Source: an uncultured bacterium
GTDB taxonomy: Bacteria; Planctomycetota; UBA1135; UBA2386
Direction of reading: 5' to 3'
NCBI GenBank assembly: GCA_937906475.1
Contig: CALCZA010000113.1
Location: 12,980 to 76,979, forward strand
Length of the DNA: 64,000 nucleotides
Of this stretch, positions 18,706-28,489 are shown one piece after another. The notes under the pieces were generated by a model. The model searched no databases and was not told the DNA's origin. It saw only the letters and a program-made list of their open reading frames with translations. The number at the start of each line of letters is the position of its first letter. Position 1 is the stretch's first letter. The translations under genes and the position numbers were made by a program.

Positions 18706-19868
18706 GTGCTGATCGTCGCAAGCGCGGAGTGTGGGCGATTATCGTCGACGACCTGTTTCGAAAGATGGTCGCGATCGGCCTCGCGGTCTTGCTGTGGTTC
18801 TTTATCGAAAGCCGCATCATGGATTCGGAGACCTTCACGCTGCCATTGACGTGGGACAACCAGATGAAGGTGCAGGGCACCACGGGAGACCGCAGCGAGT
18901 TTGTCGTGTTCTTGCCGAGCGGTATCGCGAAGAGGCGTTTCCTCGATGGCGATACTGCTGTGACGACGATCGACGTCAAGATGTCGGGGCCGCGCTACAA
19001 GATCGAAGATCTGAAGAACAACCCGCTGCGACTCAAGGTGATGACCCTGCTGGGTCTTCAGTGGAATCGGAATCGCGAGATCAATGGCGATGGCGAAGTC
19101 GTCGACGGCAGTGGCTCGGACATCGAGGTTGTCGATATTTCCGCGGCCGATATCGAGCGCGATATCCGCTACGACAACATCACGATCGAGTTGATCCCGT
19201 CGCGGATTCGCGCCGAAGTAGAGATTCGCGACACGATCACATTCGAACTCACACCGTCGAGGGTCAAGTTTGAAACGAAGGGTGACCATCGCCGGATGCG
19301 CGAGGACAGCGCAACGTTCACCCCCAGCCAAATGACGCTCGTCGGGCCGGCGAAGGTTCTCCGCAGTTTGGAGAAGCGCAAGCAGGTGTTCCGCGCCGAA
19401 CTGAGCTTTGGGTCGCTAGACAACAGTGCCACAAGTTCGCTGACCGTGATCGATGGGGTGAACCTCAAGGTCTTCCCCGAAGATGGCGCCGTGTCGCAGG
19501 TCACGGTCCCGTTGAAGCTCGAACGAAAAACCTACACGCTCAAATTGCCGCTTGTGGTGCGCGATAAACGGCTCGATCAAGTCACGAAATACGAGTCAGA
19601 CGAGAAGATCGTGCCGGTAGGCGTCAGCTTCTCTGGCCGTCTCGGCTTGGTGATGGGAGGCAAAGATACGGATGCCAGGCAGCAGTGGGCGACGCAGAAC
19701 CTTCGGCTTGAGGTTTACCTGAACGAACTCGCGACTGGGGCACCGCTTGGTCCGGAGTTGCAGTTGTCACCGTGGATCCTGCTCGACGGCCCCTTGTTGC
19801 ATCGCTATCCGAACACCGAATACTTGCTCGAAGAGTCATTGACCGTCACTGTGCGAGCCAAGAAATGA
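18702..19868 (+). CDS. cdaR: CdaA regulator (YbbR-like domain protein)
   Basis: 388 aa with an N-terminal TM followed by repeated beta-rich modules. ATGA overlaps link it to both cdaA (18702-18705) and glmM (19865-19868). Its position matches the conserved cdaA-cdaR-glmM arrangement. Confidence 0.65.
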   Translation: MSADRRKRGVWAIIVDDLFRKMVAIGLAVLLWFFIESRIMDSETFTLPLTWDNQMKVQGTTGDRSEFVVFLPSGIAKRRFLDGDTAVTTIDVKMSGPRYKIEDLKNNPLRLKVMTLLGLQWNRNREINGDGEVVDGSGSDIEVVDISAADIERDIRYDNITIELIPSRIRAEVEIRDTITFELTPSRVKFETKGDHRRMREDSATFTPSQMTLVGPAKVLRSLEKRKQVFRAELSFGSLDNSATSSLTVIDGVNLKVFPEDGAVSQVTVPLKLERKTYTLKLPLVVRDKRLDQVTKYESDEKIVPVGVSFSGRLGLVMGGKDTDARQQWATQNLRLEVYLNELATGAPLGPELQLSPWILLDGPLLHRYPNTEYLLEESLTVTVRAKK

Positions 19869-21211
19869 GCAGCTTTGAACCAGTCATGTTTGGCACTGAC
19901 GGCCTCCGCGGTCACGCCGGAGAAGCGCCGATAGAGCCGGAGACGCTGCGTCGCATCGGCTCGGCCCTAGGGGTCTTGTTGATGCGCGAAGGTGATGGTT
20001 CTCAGCGCCGCGTCCTGATCGGTAACGACGGTCGCGAATCGTCGTCGTGGATCCTCGATTGCCTAGTGCAAGGCTTGGTGGCTGCGGATGTCAGTGTCGC
20101 CGACATCGGTTTGGTGATGACCCCAGCACTGGCATTGTTGGTCAGACACGAGCCGTATTCCGCAGGCATCATGATCAGTGCGTCGCATAATCCAGCGCAC
20201 GACAACGGCATCAAGATCTTTGCCGGGGATGGCGCCAAGTTGAGTGCTGAAGTGGAAGCAGAGATCGCGACGCTAGCCAACGAACTGCGACCGGACTCGC
20301 CGAAGGAACCGCGCATCAAGTCAGTATCGAAGTTGACGCTGCGCTACGAAGAGTTGCTCGGCGATCGCTTCCCGGACCTCGATCTGACGGGTCGCAAGGT
20401 CTGTATTGACGCGGCCAACGGTGGCGGCGCAATTATCGGCCCGCGCATGTTGCGCACCTTTGGCGCCGAGGTGATCGAGGTTGGCTGCGAGTCGGATGGC
20501 TTTAACATCAATGAAGGTGTTGGTGCGTTGCACCCCGAATATCTCGCGGAAATCGTCAAACAGAACGGCGCGTGCTTTGGCATCTGCCTCGATGGCGATG
20601 GCGACCGCGGCATCTTCGTCGACGAGAAGGGGCAGATTCACGACGGCGATGCCGTGTTGACGTTCTTTGGTTCTCGCATGCTGGCTGCGGGCACGTTGCC
20701 CGGCAACATTGTCGCGGCAACCGTGATGAGCAACCTCGGCATGCACCACGCTCTGAAGGATGCCGGTATTGAAGTTCATGTGACGCCAGTCGGCGACCGC
20801 CATGTGGTCGCCGCGATGCGCGAACACGGGTTCGCGCTCGGCGGTGAGCAATCCGGACACACGCTGTTTGCCGATCACGAATTGGTCGGTGATGGCCTCT
20901 ACACCGGCCTGCGCTTGCTTGCCGACGTTGGCGATACTCCAATGTCGGAGGCGATGGCCGCCTTCGAGAGCTTCCCGCAGAAGCTGATCAACGTGGCCGT
21001 TCGTGACAAACCAGACCTCTCTACGATCCCGGTGATCGCTGCGAAGCAGAAGGAAGTAGAAGAACTGCTCGGCGATACAGGTCGCTTGTTGCTCCGCTAC
21101 TCAGGTACCGAGCAGAAGTGTCGCGTGATGATCGAGGCGCAGGATCGCGAGTTGTGTGAGCGCCTGACCGATGAGTTCGCCGCACTGATTCAGGCGGAGC
21201 TTGGTGCGTGA
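19865..21211 (+). CDS. glmM: Phosphoglucosamine mutase
   Basis: The start at 19865 gives MSSFEPVMFGTDGLRG. The active-site loop is SASHNPAHDNGIK and the metal loop is DGDGDR. The listed start at 19772 overlaps cdaR. Confidence 0.9.
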   Translation: MSSFEPVMFGTDGLRGHAGEAPIEPETLRRIGSALGVLLMREGDGSQRRVLIGNDGRESSSWILDCLVQGLVAADVSVADIGLVMTPALALLVRHEPYSAGIMISASHNPAHDNGIKIFAGDGAKLSAEVEAEIATLANELRPDSPKEPRIKSVSKLTLRYEELLGDRFPDLDLTGRKVCIDAANGGGAIIGPRMLRTFGAEVIEVGCESDGFNINEGVGALHPEYLAEIVKQNGACFGICLDGDGDRGIFVDEKGQIHDGDAVLTFFGSRMLAAGTLPGNIVAATVMSNLGMHHALKDAGIEVHVTPVGDRHVVAAMREHGFALGGEQSGHTLFADHELVGDGLYTGLRLLADVGDTPMSEAMAAFESFPQKLINVAVRDKPDLSTIPVIAAKQKEVEELLGDTGRLLLRYSGTEQKCRVMIEAQDRELCERLTDEFAALIQAELGA

Positions 21212-21873
21212 GCACGCGGCTTGCGGTTAGCGGCAGCAACCTGACCGGAGACGTGCCGTTCTCGGCCGCTCTGTCGACGGCTGCTGGAACGTTCGTGGTG
21301 CGCTCGCCTGCCGGTGAGCGAGGCGACTTGACGCGCCTGTGCCAGATGCTGTGTGAGCAGCAAGGTCTGGCGCCGGAGCAGATCGAGGAAGTGATCGTCG
21401 ATGTCGGTCCAGGTTCCTACACCGGTTTGCGGGTCGCCGTGACGTTCGTGCGCTTCCTGCAGTCGTTCGGCTCGATCCCAGTGCGAGCAGTGGACAGCCT
21501 GGCATTGCTGGCGCATCACGCGTGTGGCAACGCGGCGGATGGCACGCGCGTGCGGCCGTTGCTTGACGCACGTCGCGGCCGTTACCACACGGCTCGTTTC
21601 GAATATCGTGGCGGTGAACTTGTCGAAGTCGAGGCTGCCAACGCGACCAACACCGACCAGGTTCTCGCAAGCTTGGAGCCAGGTGAGCGCGTAGTCATGC
21701 CTGCTGCGTTTGCCGAGCAACTCGGCGAGCAACTGCGTGAACGCAACGTGGAGGTGATCGTCGCACGTGACCTCGGTGCCGATGCACTGTTCGCGCCGGG
21801 CCTGCCGCTGTTCTCTGCCAAGGCCGAAGATCTCGAACCCCGCTACTTGATGGCGACCTACGCCGAGGACTAG
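21208..21873 (+). CDS. tsaB: tRNA t6A37 biosynthesis protein TsaB (YeaZ)
   Basis: 221 aa with VGPGSYTGLRVAVTF (the GPGSFTGLR motif). The GTG start overlaps the glmM stop. Confidence 0.8.
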   Translation: MSTRLAVSGSNLTGDVPFSAALSTAAGTFVVRSPAGERGDLTRLCQMLCEQQGLAPEQIEEVIVDVGPGSYTGLRVAVTFVRFLQSFGSIPVRAVDSLALLAHHACGNAADGTRVRPLLDARRGRYHTARFEYRGGELVEVEAANATNTDQVLASLEPGERVVMPAAFAEQLGEQLRERNVEVIVARDLGADALFAPGLPLFSAKAEDLEPRYLMATYAED

Positions 21874-21875
21874 CG

Positions 21876-22403
21876 ATGCGTGTGTTCCGTTCGATCTGGT
21901 TACTTCATCGTTGGCTAGGCATCACCGCAGGCCTGGTGCTGCTGATGACGGCAACGACCGGATTCCTGCTGCTGGTCAAGAAGGACTACGCGTGGATCCA
22001 GCCGGAGACCATGAAGTGTGCCGACGGCACGCTCGCAGACTTGCAGCCAATGCAGAAGGTCTATGAGGCGGTGTTGGCCCTCGACCTGCCGCAGTTCCAA
22101 GCCGAGGAAGACATTGCCCGCATCGACTTCCGGCCGGGCAAGCGGTTGCACAAGGTGATCAGTCGTCACGATGACTGCGAAGTTCAGGTCTGCGCGATCA
22201 CGCTGCGAACTTCCGGTCCCAACGTGCGGCGCAGTGATTGGTTGGAGCGGTTGCACGACGGTTCGTGGTTTGGCGAATTTGCCCATGACCGCGTCATGCC
22301 TTTCGTGGCGATGATCCTGCTGTTCCTGGCGGCGAGCGGTTACGTGATGTGGTTCTATCCAAAGTGGAAGAAGATGCGTAAAGCGTCGTCCACTAAGGCA
22401 TGA
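21876..22403 (+). CDS. PepSY-associated TM helix family membrane protein
   Basis: The N-terminus is MRVFRSIWLLHRWLGITAGLVLLMTATTGFLL and there is a C-terminal TM. This is typical PepSY_TM architecture. Confidence 0.6.
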   Translation: MRVFRSIWLLHRWLGITAGLVLLMTATTGFLLLVKKDYAWIQPETMKCADGTLADLQPMQKVYEAVLALDLPQFQAEEDIARIDFRPGKRLHKVISRHDDCEVQVCAITLRTSGPNVRRSDWLERLHDGSWFGEFAHDRVMPFVAMILLFLAASGYVMWFYPKWKKMRKASSTKA

Positions 22404-23695
22404 ACGACGAAGCTTCGGCGGGTGACTCACCCCCGGGCAGAACTGCGGTTGTGATTGCTTGCTTGCCAACGGTGTTGGCAGCGGTGTTCCTGTTCTTGGC
22501 GGAATCAGCCGTCGACGTTGTCTTGTGCCTGGTGCTGTTGCTGCACGGACCGCTGACGTTGCGCTTGTCGGCGATTCGTCGTCGGCGCCAGTTGTTCGTC
22601 GAGATGCCGGCCATCCTGATTGGCACCCTTGGGATCGCGGCGTTGCTGGTCGTCAGCATGGCTTCGCTACTCGAAGCCGCGGTTCCGTGGGGCCAAGCAA
22701 TCGGGTTCGGGCTCTACATGGGCATCTGGGTGCTGTCGCTTCGCATCATCTACCACGGCCTGCAGTGGGGGCTCGAGCGTACCTGCAAGAAGCCACTGCT
22801 GACGCGTGTCGTGGCCGCAGTGGTGATGATTGGCGTTGGCATGCCGCAGTTGTTCGTCGCGTTGCAGACGCGTCGCGTGGCGATCGGCAAGCAACCGAAC
22901 GTCTACTTCGCCGAAGGTGCCCATCGGGAAGTGGAGTTTGAGAACGCCGACGGCTTGCTGCTGCGCGGCACGCTGTTGACGCAACCCGAGAACGAGTCGG
23001 CACAGCCGGCCGTTGAGCCGCCGTTGCCTAGACCGATCGTGATCGTCTGCCATGGCCTCGGTGCGAACCGGGCCAACTTTTTCGCCTACGCCCAGATGGC
23101 ATGGATGCAGCAATGCCACGTGCTCGCCTTCGACTTTCGCGGTCATGGCCAGAGCGAAGGCGCGATCACCACACTTGGGGGACGGGAAGCGGGTGATGTC
23201 GTTGCGGCAAGTCAATGGATTCGCGCGCAACCGCAGTTCGCGAACAGCCCACTGGTGTTGATCGGTATCTCGATGGGCGGCGCGAGTGCCTTGCGTGCGG
23301 CCGCCGCGGCGCGCGCGGATGGTGTGTTTACCGAGAGTGCGTTCGCTGACTTGTCGATCATGCTGGAGGAACGCATGGCCGGGCTGGGACCGTTGCGTCA
23401 CCTTGCTGCTGCCTCGGTTCGGTTCGCTGCTTGGCTGCAACTTGGTGTCGATCTCGAGGATGTTTCACCGCGCGACAGCCTCGCTGCGTTGCCTCTCAGC
23501 ACGAAGGTCGTGTTGGTGCATGCGGGCGACGATGCGCTGATCCCGATCGCGCATGGCGAACGTCTGGCGGCGGCGAGAGTCGGCCAGAAGTTGCACGTCG
23601 TCGAAGGGGCAGGCCACGGTGGTTGCCTGCACGTTGGTTGGTCGCAGTTGGAGACGCTATTGAAGGGACTGCTTGAGTCCGTTCGCGCGCGCTAG
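22400..23695 (+). CDS. Membrane-anchored alpha/beta hydrolase
   Basis: About 5 N-terminal TMs followed by a hydrolase domain. Nucleophile elbow GISMGG, oxyanion HGLGAN, acid GDDALIP and His GAGHGG. Confidence 0.75.
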   Translation: MNDEASAGDSPPGRTAVVIACLPTVLAAVFLFLAESAVDVVLCLVLLLHGPLTLRLSAIRRRRQLFVEMPAILIGTLGIAALLVVSMASLLEAAVPWGQAIGFGLYMGIWVLSLRIIYHGLQWGLERTCKKPLLTRVVAAVVMIGVGMPQLFVALQTRRVAIGKQPNVYFAEGAHREVEFENADGLLLRGTLLTQPENESAQPAVEPPLPRPIVIVCHGLGANRANFFAYAQMAWMQQCHVLAFDFRGHGQSEGAITTLGGREAGDVVAASQWIRAQPQFANSPLVLIGISMGGASALRAAAAARADGVFTESAFADLSIMLEERMAGLGPLRHLAAASVRFAAWLQLGVDLEDVSPRDSLAALPLSTKVVLVHAGDDALIPIAHGERLAAARVGQKLHVVEGAGHGGCLHVGWSQLETLLKGLLESVRAR

Positions 23696-23723
23696 CCAGG
23701 CGATCGCGCTGTCGCGATCTGCA

Positions 23724-24743
23724 CTACTCTGCGAACACGAATGGCATCGACACCAAGGTGCCATTGTAGAGGAAGTGAATCAGCATTCCTGGTAGCAGGC
23801 TGTTGGCGCGTTCGCGCAGGTAACCGAGGTAGATGCCAATCCCGAGATGAATCGGTAGCACGGCCGGTTGCCCGTGCACCAAGGCGAACGCGACGGCGGT
23901 CACGAAGATGCCGAGGTGACGGCCCATCAGCGCCAGCAGTCGTCCCTGCAGCATGCCGCGGAAGATGACTTCTTCGAGCAGCGCCGGGGAGACGGCGATG
24001 ACCAACAGGCTCGCGAATAGGCCGAGACGTTTGATGGTGTCGTCGGATCCGTCTTCCGTGCCGGATACCAGAGAGTCCAGGATCTCGGAGTATCCCATCG
24101 CAATCAATACCGACAACGCCGTGACCGGAATCACTTCTAACCAGTATCGGGGCGCTGCACCACGAATGCCAAGGCGGCCGAAGGGGCCGGCCCAGGCGAG
24201 AATGCCTGCGACACAGACACCGGATACTAAACTTGCGAACGGCAGCAGTAGTTCGAAGTCGTTGCCCGCTGCCAGCAGCCATGCGCCGAATTGCGGACCG
24301 AGCAAGGCCAGCATCAACAACGTGAACTCAATTAGAGTGCGGTTGGTCCAGCGCGTTTGGTTGCTGTGACTCGCGCGCTTCATCGCGCCGGGCGCCAGCG
24401 GTGCGTTGATGGGAATTTTCGCGTAGATGATGTCGCCGTCATCGCCTGGCAATTCCATCAGGCCGCGCTCGTTGTGGCGGGCATGTTTCGCTGAAAATGA
24501 AATGGGCAGATCAGATGGATCCAACGCAGTGATGGCGGCGTTTGCCTCGGCTTCGGCTAGTGCGTTGCCGGGGATCTGCAGCCATTGATTGCACGAACAA
24601 CGCAGCTTGAAGCCACGCAGTCGGTCGTGGATGCGCCAGTGGGTGCGGCAGGCGACGCACGAAAGCTCAATGCATTCGTCCTCGGCGAGTTCACGACCAT
24701 GTGGCCATGTGCGCACTGCTGGTTGCTCAAACGGATCGTTCAC
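23724..24743 (-). CDS. CPBP-family intramembrane glutamic endopeptidase (CAAX protease/Abi) with an N-terminal Cys-rich zinc-ribbon-like segment
   Basis: Motifs EEVIFRGMLQ, FALVHG and HFLYN. The N-terminus has CVACRTHW...CSCNQW. Confidence 0.8.
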   Translation of the reverse strand: MNDPFEQPAVRTWPHGRELAEDECIELSCVACRTHWRIHDRLRGFKLRCSCNQWLQIPGNALAEAEANAAITALDPSDLPISFSAKHARHNERGLMELPGDDGDIIYAKIPINAPLAPGAMKRASHSNQTRWTNRTLIEFTLLMLALLGPQFGAWLLAAGNDFELLLPFASLVSGVCVAGILAWAGPFGRLGIRGAAPRYWLEVIPVTALSVLIAMGYSEILDSLVSGTEDGSDDTIKRLGLFASLLVIAVSPALLEEVIFRGMLQGRLLALMGRHLGIFVTAVAFALVHGQPAVLPIHLGIGIYLGYLRERANSLLPGMLIHFLYNGTLVSMPFVFAE

Positions 24744-25681
24744 TTGCTCTTCTTGCCAGTGCTCAGCGATAGCGAGACGTGGTGCGCCGAACTGCTGCCC
24801 GTCAGCTTGACTTGGACCTTGCCATCTTCCTCGGTAAGCAAGAGGCGTAATTCGGTGCGGGCTTCGGCCAATACCTTGCCGTCTTCATTGGCGATCTGCA
24901 CAAACAGTTCGCCGCCGTTGCCGATCAGTTCGCAGGCGGCGCCTTCCGTCAACGTCACGCTGTCTTCGCGCAGCGTCGCGAGTGCTTCCGGAGTTGCCGG
25001 GTAGGTCGACCCGCGCGTCAGGGTGACGTAGTAGTTGCCCCACGATCGTTCGAGTTTGACGTCGATCATCTGGCCAAACGGGCCGGTCTCGGTCAGTACT
25101 TGTTCCGCGCGCGCCGCCATCACGCGGTCGATCCAGCCCGATTGCCACGCGATCAGTAGGCCGACAATCAACAGCGCTGGCGCGAGCCAGATCAGTTCGC
25201 GGCGGCGCATGCCCAGCATGGCTTCGCCTTCGGCCGCCGGCATCGGGATCTCGTCTTGCGCGGTGCGCGGTCGGCGCCGGGTGACGGGTTCGATCTGATG
25301 ACCGTTGACGATGAACAGCGTTTCGGCGACTTCGTGTTCGAAGACCAACTTGCAGCGCAGCGTGGTTTCGACACTGCCCTGCTGGGCGGCATCGACCACT
25401 GCTTGCAGGCGATCGAGGAAGTTGGATTGCGCGGCCGTATCGAATCGATCCGCCGGCACATGCGTTTCCGTCGGCAGGATGTTGAAGCGACCGCCGGTCA
25501 CGTCGAGCCGGAACTCTCCGGCGCCGCACTTGCTCAGTTCTGCGACGGCGGTTTGCAGCGTGTTCTCATTGAGCACGCGACCATCGAGAATGCCTTCCAC
25601 GAGCAAGGCGGTTGGCGTGTCGCTGCTCGGCACTGCGCCGCTCGGTGTTCCGCCTCTGGCTGGTAGTTCGGGTGGGCTCAC
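24740..25681 (-). CDS. Hypothetical bitopic membrane protein
   Basis: 313 aa with a single central TM (LIWLAPALLIVGLLIAW). It has 4-nt overlaps with both neighbours. I recognise no family. Confidence 0.5.
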   Translation of the reverse strand: MSPPELPARGGTPSGAVPSSDTPTALLVEGILDGRVLNENTLQTAVAELSKCGAGEFRLDVTGGRFNILPTETHVPADRFDTAAQSNFLDRLQAVVDAAQQGSVETTLRCKLVFEHEVAETLFIVNGHQIEPVTRRRPRTAQDEIPMPAAEGEAMLGMRRRELIWLAPALLIVGLLIAWQSGWIDRVMAARAEQVLTETGPFGQMIDVKLERSWGNYYVTLTRGSTYPATPEALATLREDSVTLTEGAACELIGNGGELFVQIANEDGKVLAEARTELRLLLTEEDGKVQVKLTGSSSAHHVSLSLSTGKKSK

Positions 25682-26232
25682 GAGACGTCCCCGCGGAACT
25701 GCTCAAGGTCACCGGCGGGCATCCAATCGGCCATGCCATCGCGCCAGACCAGCGAGTCACCGTCGATCGCTTGTGCCGCGAGCAGGTGGCGAATCGTCTC
25801 TTCGGACACTGGTCCTTGGCGCTCGTTGTCGCGGGCGTAGAACCACTGGTCGGCATTGCTCAGTTGCGCCGCTGCCTCGGAGTTGGGCAACCCGGGTGGG
25901 GTGGACGTGTCGAGGCCGAGGGATTCATCGTGGGCACCGAGACGGCGTTCGACGTGGTTGTGTCGCTGATCGGACACTTGCCGCTCTTTTTGCAACTGCT
26001 CGCGCAGCTTGCGGGTCTCCATGCGTTGGCGTTTCTCGCGGTCTTCTTGCACCTTCATGTCGGGAAGCACGAGCACGATGATGAGGCCGATACAGTTCGT
26101 GAACACGCCGACGAAGAACCACCCGACAGCACTGCGGCCGCGACCTGCTGCAATGGCAGCACAGATGCCGCCAAACACAAGTGGGACCAATAATTGGATG
26201 AAAATGAATCCGTTGTCAGCAGCCGAAAGCAT
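25678..26232 (-). CDS. Two-TM membrane protein with a charged coiled segment and a C-terminal GYF_2 (DUF4339) domain
   Basis: The C-terminus QWFYARDNERQGPVSEETIRHLLAAQAIDGDSLVWRDGMADWMPAGDL matches the GYF_2 pattern (W-Y ... G-P ... W ... W). Confidence 0.65.
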   Translation of the reverse strand: MLSAADNGFIFIQLLVPLVFGGICAAIAAGRGRSAVGWFFVGVFTNCIGLIIVLVLPDMKVQEDREKRQRMETRKLREQLQKERQVSDQRHNHVERRLGAHDESLGLDTSTPPGLPNSEAAAQLSNADQWFYARDNERQGPVSEETIRHLLAAQAIDGDSLVWRDGMADWMPAGDLEQFRGDVS

Positions 26233-26241
26233 GGGGAGACC

Positions 26242-26823
26242 CTAAAATGAAAACCGGATGAGCCAGCCAAGCACGATGCATGCGCTGGTGAGGGCATAGC
26301 CGATGCGGCGGAGTCGGCGATGACCCGGGTATTCGCGCCCGTGGCGAAGTATGTCAAAATGAACGGCAAACGTTGCCGGTAATAAAATGGCGATGCCAAT
26401 GCCGCCTGGATGCATCGTAAACGATTCGGAGAAGTTCCCTTGCAGGGCGCTGGATGTGCTACGCACGAGCCCGCAGCCGGGGCACGCGATCGGGCCCAGG
26501 CATTGAGCGAGTGGGCATTCTGGGCCGCGCATGCCGAACCACGTCGCGGCTTCAGGGCGGACCGTCGCCGTCCAGCCGACCGCCATGGCCGCAGCTGAGC
26601 CAGTCAGCCACAACCACGACCAACGCAGGCTGCGTGGTTTGGCTAGCTGTTCCTGATGATTCCCAGGCGCGTTCACTAGGGCATCACATGAGATCTTGGG
26701 GCTGGGTGCAAGTACAGGCCTCATGTGACCACCGAGCCAACAACTCGTGGCCGCGGCATTGGATGCGATCGCTTCGGGGGAATTGGCGGCGGGGGACCAA
26801 TTGCCGTTGGTGCGGCAGTGCAA
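26242..26823 (-). CDS. DUF2752-family membrane protein (start uncertain)
   Basis: ECPLAQCLGPIACPGCGLVRS, followed by TM helices, matches the DUF2752 CxxxxC...CPGCG core. The real start may be internal, for example the Met at 26724. Confidence 0.55.
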   Translation of the reverse strand: MHCRTNGNWSPAANSPEAIASNAAATSCWLGGHMRPVLAPSPKISCDALVNAPGNHQEQLAKPRSLRWSWLWLTGSAAAMAVGWTATVRPEAATWFGMRGPECPLAQCLGPIACPGCGLVRSTSSALQGNFSESFTMHPGGIGIAILLPATFAVHFDILRHGREYPGHRRLRRIGYALTSACIVLGWLIRFSF

Positions 26824-26839
26824 CTCAGCTCAGTGCAGC

Positions 26840-28489
26840 TCAGCTCTTCTGGTTTTTGATCGCCGCGTGCACGAAGTCGCGGAACAGCGGGTGCGCCGTC
26901 AGCGGTTGCGTCTTGTACTCGGGGTGGTACTGCACACCGACGAACCACGGGTGGTTCGGATCCTCGACGATCTCGACAAGGTCCAGCTTCGGGTTGGTGC
27001 CGGCCATGACCAGGCCCTTCTCACGCAGCCGGTCGCGATACTCGTTGTTGAGTTCGAAGCGGTGGCGGTGACGCTCGCTGATCGTTTTCGAGCCGTAGGC
27101 GCGGTGGCTGTTGGTGCCTTCTTGCAGCGTGCAATCGAACGCACCCAGGCGCATCGTGCCGCCCTTGTCGTGGGTTGCCTTCTGCTCTTCCATCAACGAG
27201 ATTACCGGGTTCTTGGCATCGGCGTCGTATTCGGTCGTCGTTGCGTCTGTCAGGCCCAATTCGCTGCGTGCGTATTGCACCACTGCGGCCTGCATGCCGT
27301 AGCAGATACCGAAGAACGGAATCTTGTGCTTCCGCGCGTACGCGATGCTGGCGATCTTGCCTTCAAAGCCGCGCTCACCGAACCCGCCTGGCACCAGGAT
27401 GCCGTCGACGTCCTTGAGCAACTCATCGGCGCCTTCGTCGGCAAGTTGCTCGGCCGAGACCTTGTGCAGGTTGACCTTGCAGCGGTTGGCGATGCCGGCG
27501 TGGCTCAGCGATTCGTAGATCGACTTGTAGGCATCGTGTAGCGCGATGTATTTGCCGCAGACGGCAATCGTCACTTCGTGCTCGGGAGCCTTGACGACTT
27601 CGAGCAACTGCTCCCAGTCGGCGACTACGAGTTTCTTGGTCGGCTTCAGCTCGAGGTGCTTGAGGATGCGTTGGTCGAGACCGGAGTCGATCAGCATCAG
27701 CGGCACTTCGTAGATCGAGAAGTCGACGTCCTTCTCTTCGATGACCGCTTCGGGACGCACGTTGCAGAACAGCGAGATCTTGTTCGCCATCTCTTTGTCC
27801 ATCGCCACCTCGGTGCGGCAGACGAGCACGTGCGGCTGGATGCCGATCTCACGCAGTTTGCCGACCGACTGCTGCGTCGGCTTGCTCTTGAGTTCGCCCG
27901 AAGCACGCAGATACGGCAGCAGCGTCAGGTGGATGAACATGCAGTCGTGCTCACCAACCTCGAGGCTGAACTGACGAATCGCTTCGAGGAACGGCAAGCT
28001 CTCGATGTCACCAACGGTACCGCCAATCTCGGTGATCGCGATGTCCGGGGCCGGTTCGCCCTCACACGGTGCTGCACCGGCGCGGATCGCCATCTTGATC
28101 TCGTCGGTGATGTGCGGGACGACCTGCACCGTCTTGCCGAGGTAGTCGCCGCGCCGCTCCTTCTGGATCACCGACTTGTAGATCTTGCCGGTCGTGAAGT
28201 TGGAGTCCTTATTGATGCGTGCGCTCGTGAACCGCTCGTAGTGGCCGAGGTCGAGGTCCGCTTCGGTGCCGTCATCGGTGACGTAGACCTCACCGTGTTG
28301 GAACGGCGACATCGTGCCGGGGTCGACGTTGATATACGGGTCGAGCTTCTGCATCGACACTTTCAGTCCGTGGCGCTCCAGGATCCAGCCGATCGCTGCT
28401 GAGGTCAGACCTTTGCCGAGCGAGGAAACAACGCCGCCGGTAACGAACAGGAACTTGGTCATAGGGTGCAGTACATTTGCTCGAGCCAA
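26840..28489 (-). CDS. pyrG: CTP synthase
   Basis: 549 aa. N-terminal [16 protein letters not shown], glutaminase nucleophile GICYGMQ, HRHRFE and the C-terminal HPEY region. Confidence 0.95.
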   Translation of the reverse strand: MARANVLHPMTKFLFVTGGVVSSLGKGLTSAAIGWILERHGLKVSMQKLDPYINVDPGTMSPFQHGEVYVTDDGTEADLDLGHYERFTSARINKDSNFTTGKIYKSVIQKERRGDYLGKTVQVVPHITDEIKMAIRAGAAPCEGEPAPDIAITEIGGTVGDIESLPFLEAIRQFSLEVGEHDCMFIHLTLLPYLRASGELKSKPTQQSVGKLREIGIQPHVLVCRTEVAMDKEMANKISLFCNVRPEAVIEEKDVDFSIYEVPLMLIDSGLDQRILKHLELKPTKKLVVADWEQLLEVVKAPEHEVTIAVCGKYIALHDAYKSIYESLSHAGIANRCKVNLHKVSAEQLADEGADELLKDVDGILVPGGFGERGFEGKIASIAYARKHKIPFFGICYGMQAAVVQYARSELGLTDATTTEYDADAKNPVISLMEEQKATHDKGGTMRLGAFDCTLQEGTNSHRAYGSKTISERHRHRFELNNEYRDRLREKGLVMAGTNPKLDLVEIVEDPNHPWFVGVQYHPEYKTQPLTAHPLFRDFVHAAIKNQKS

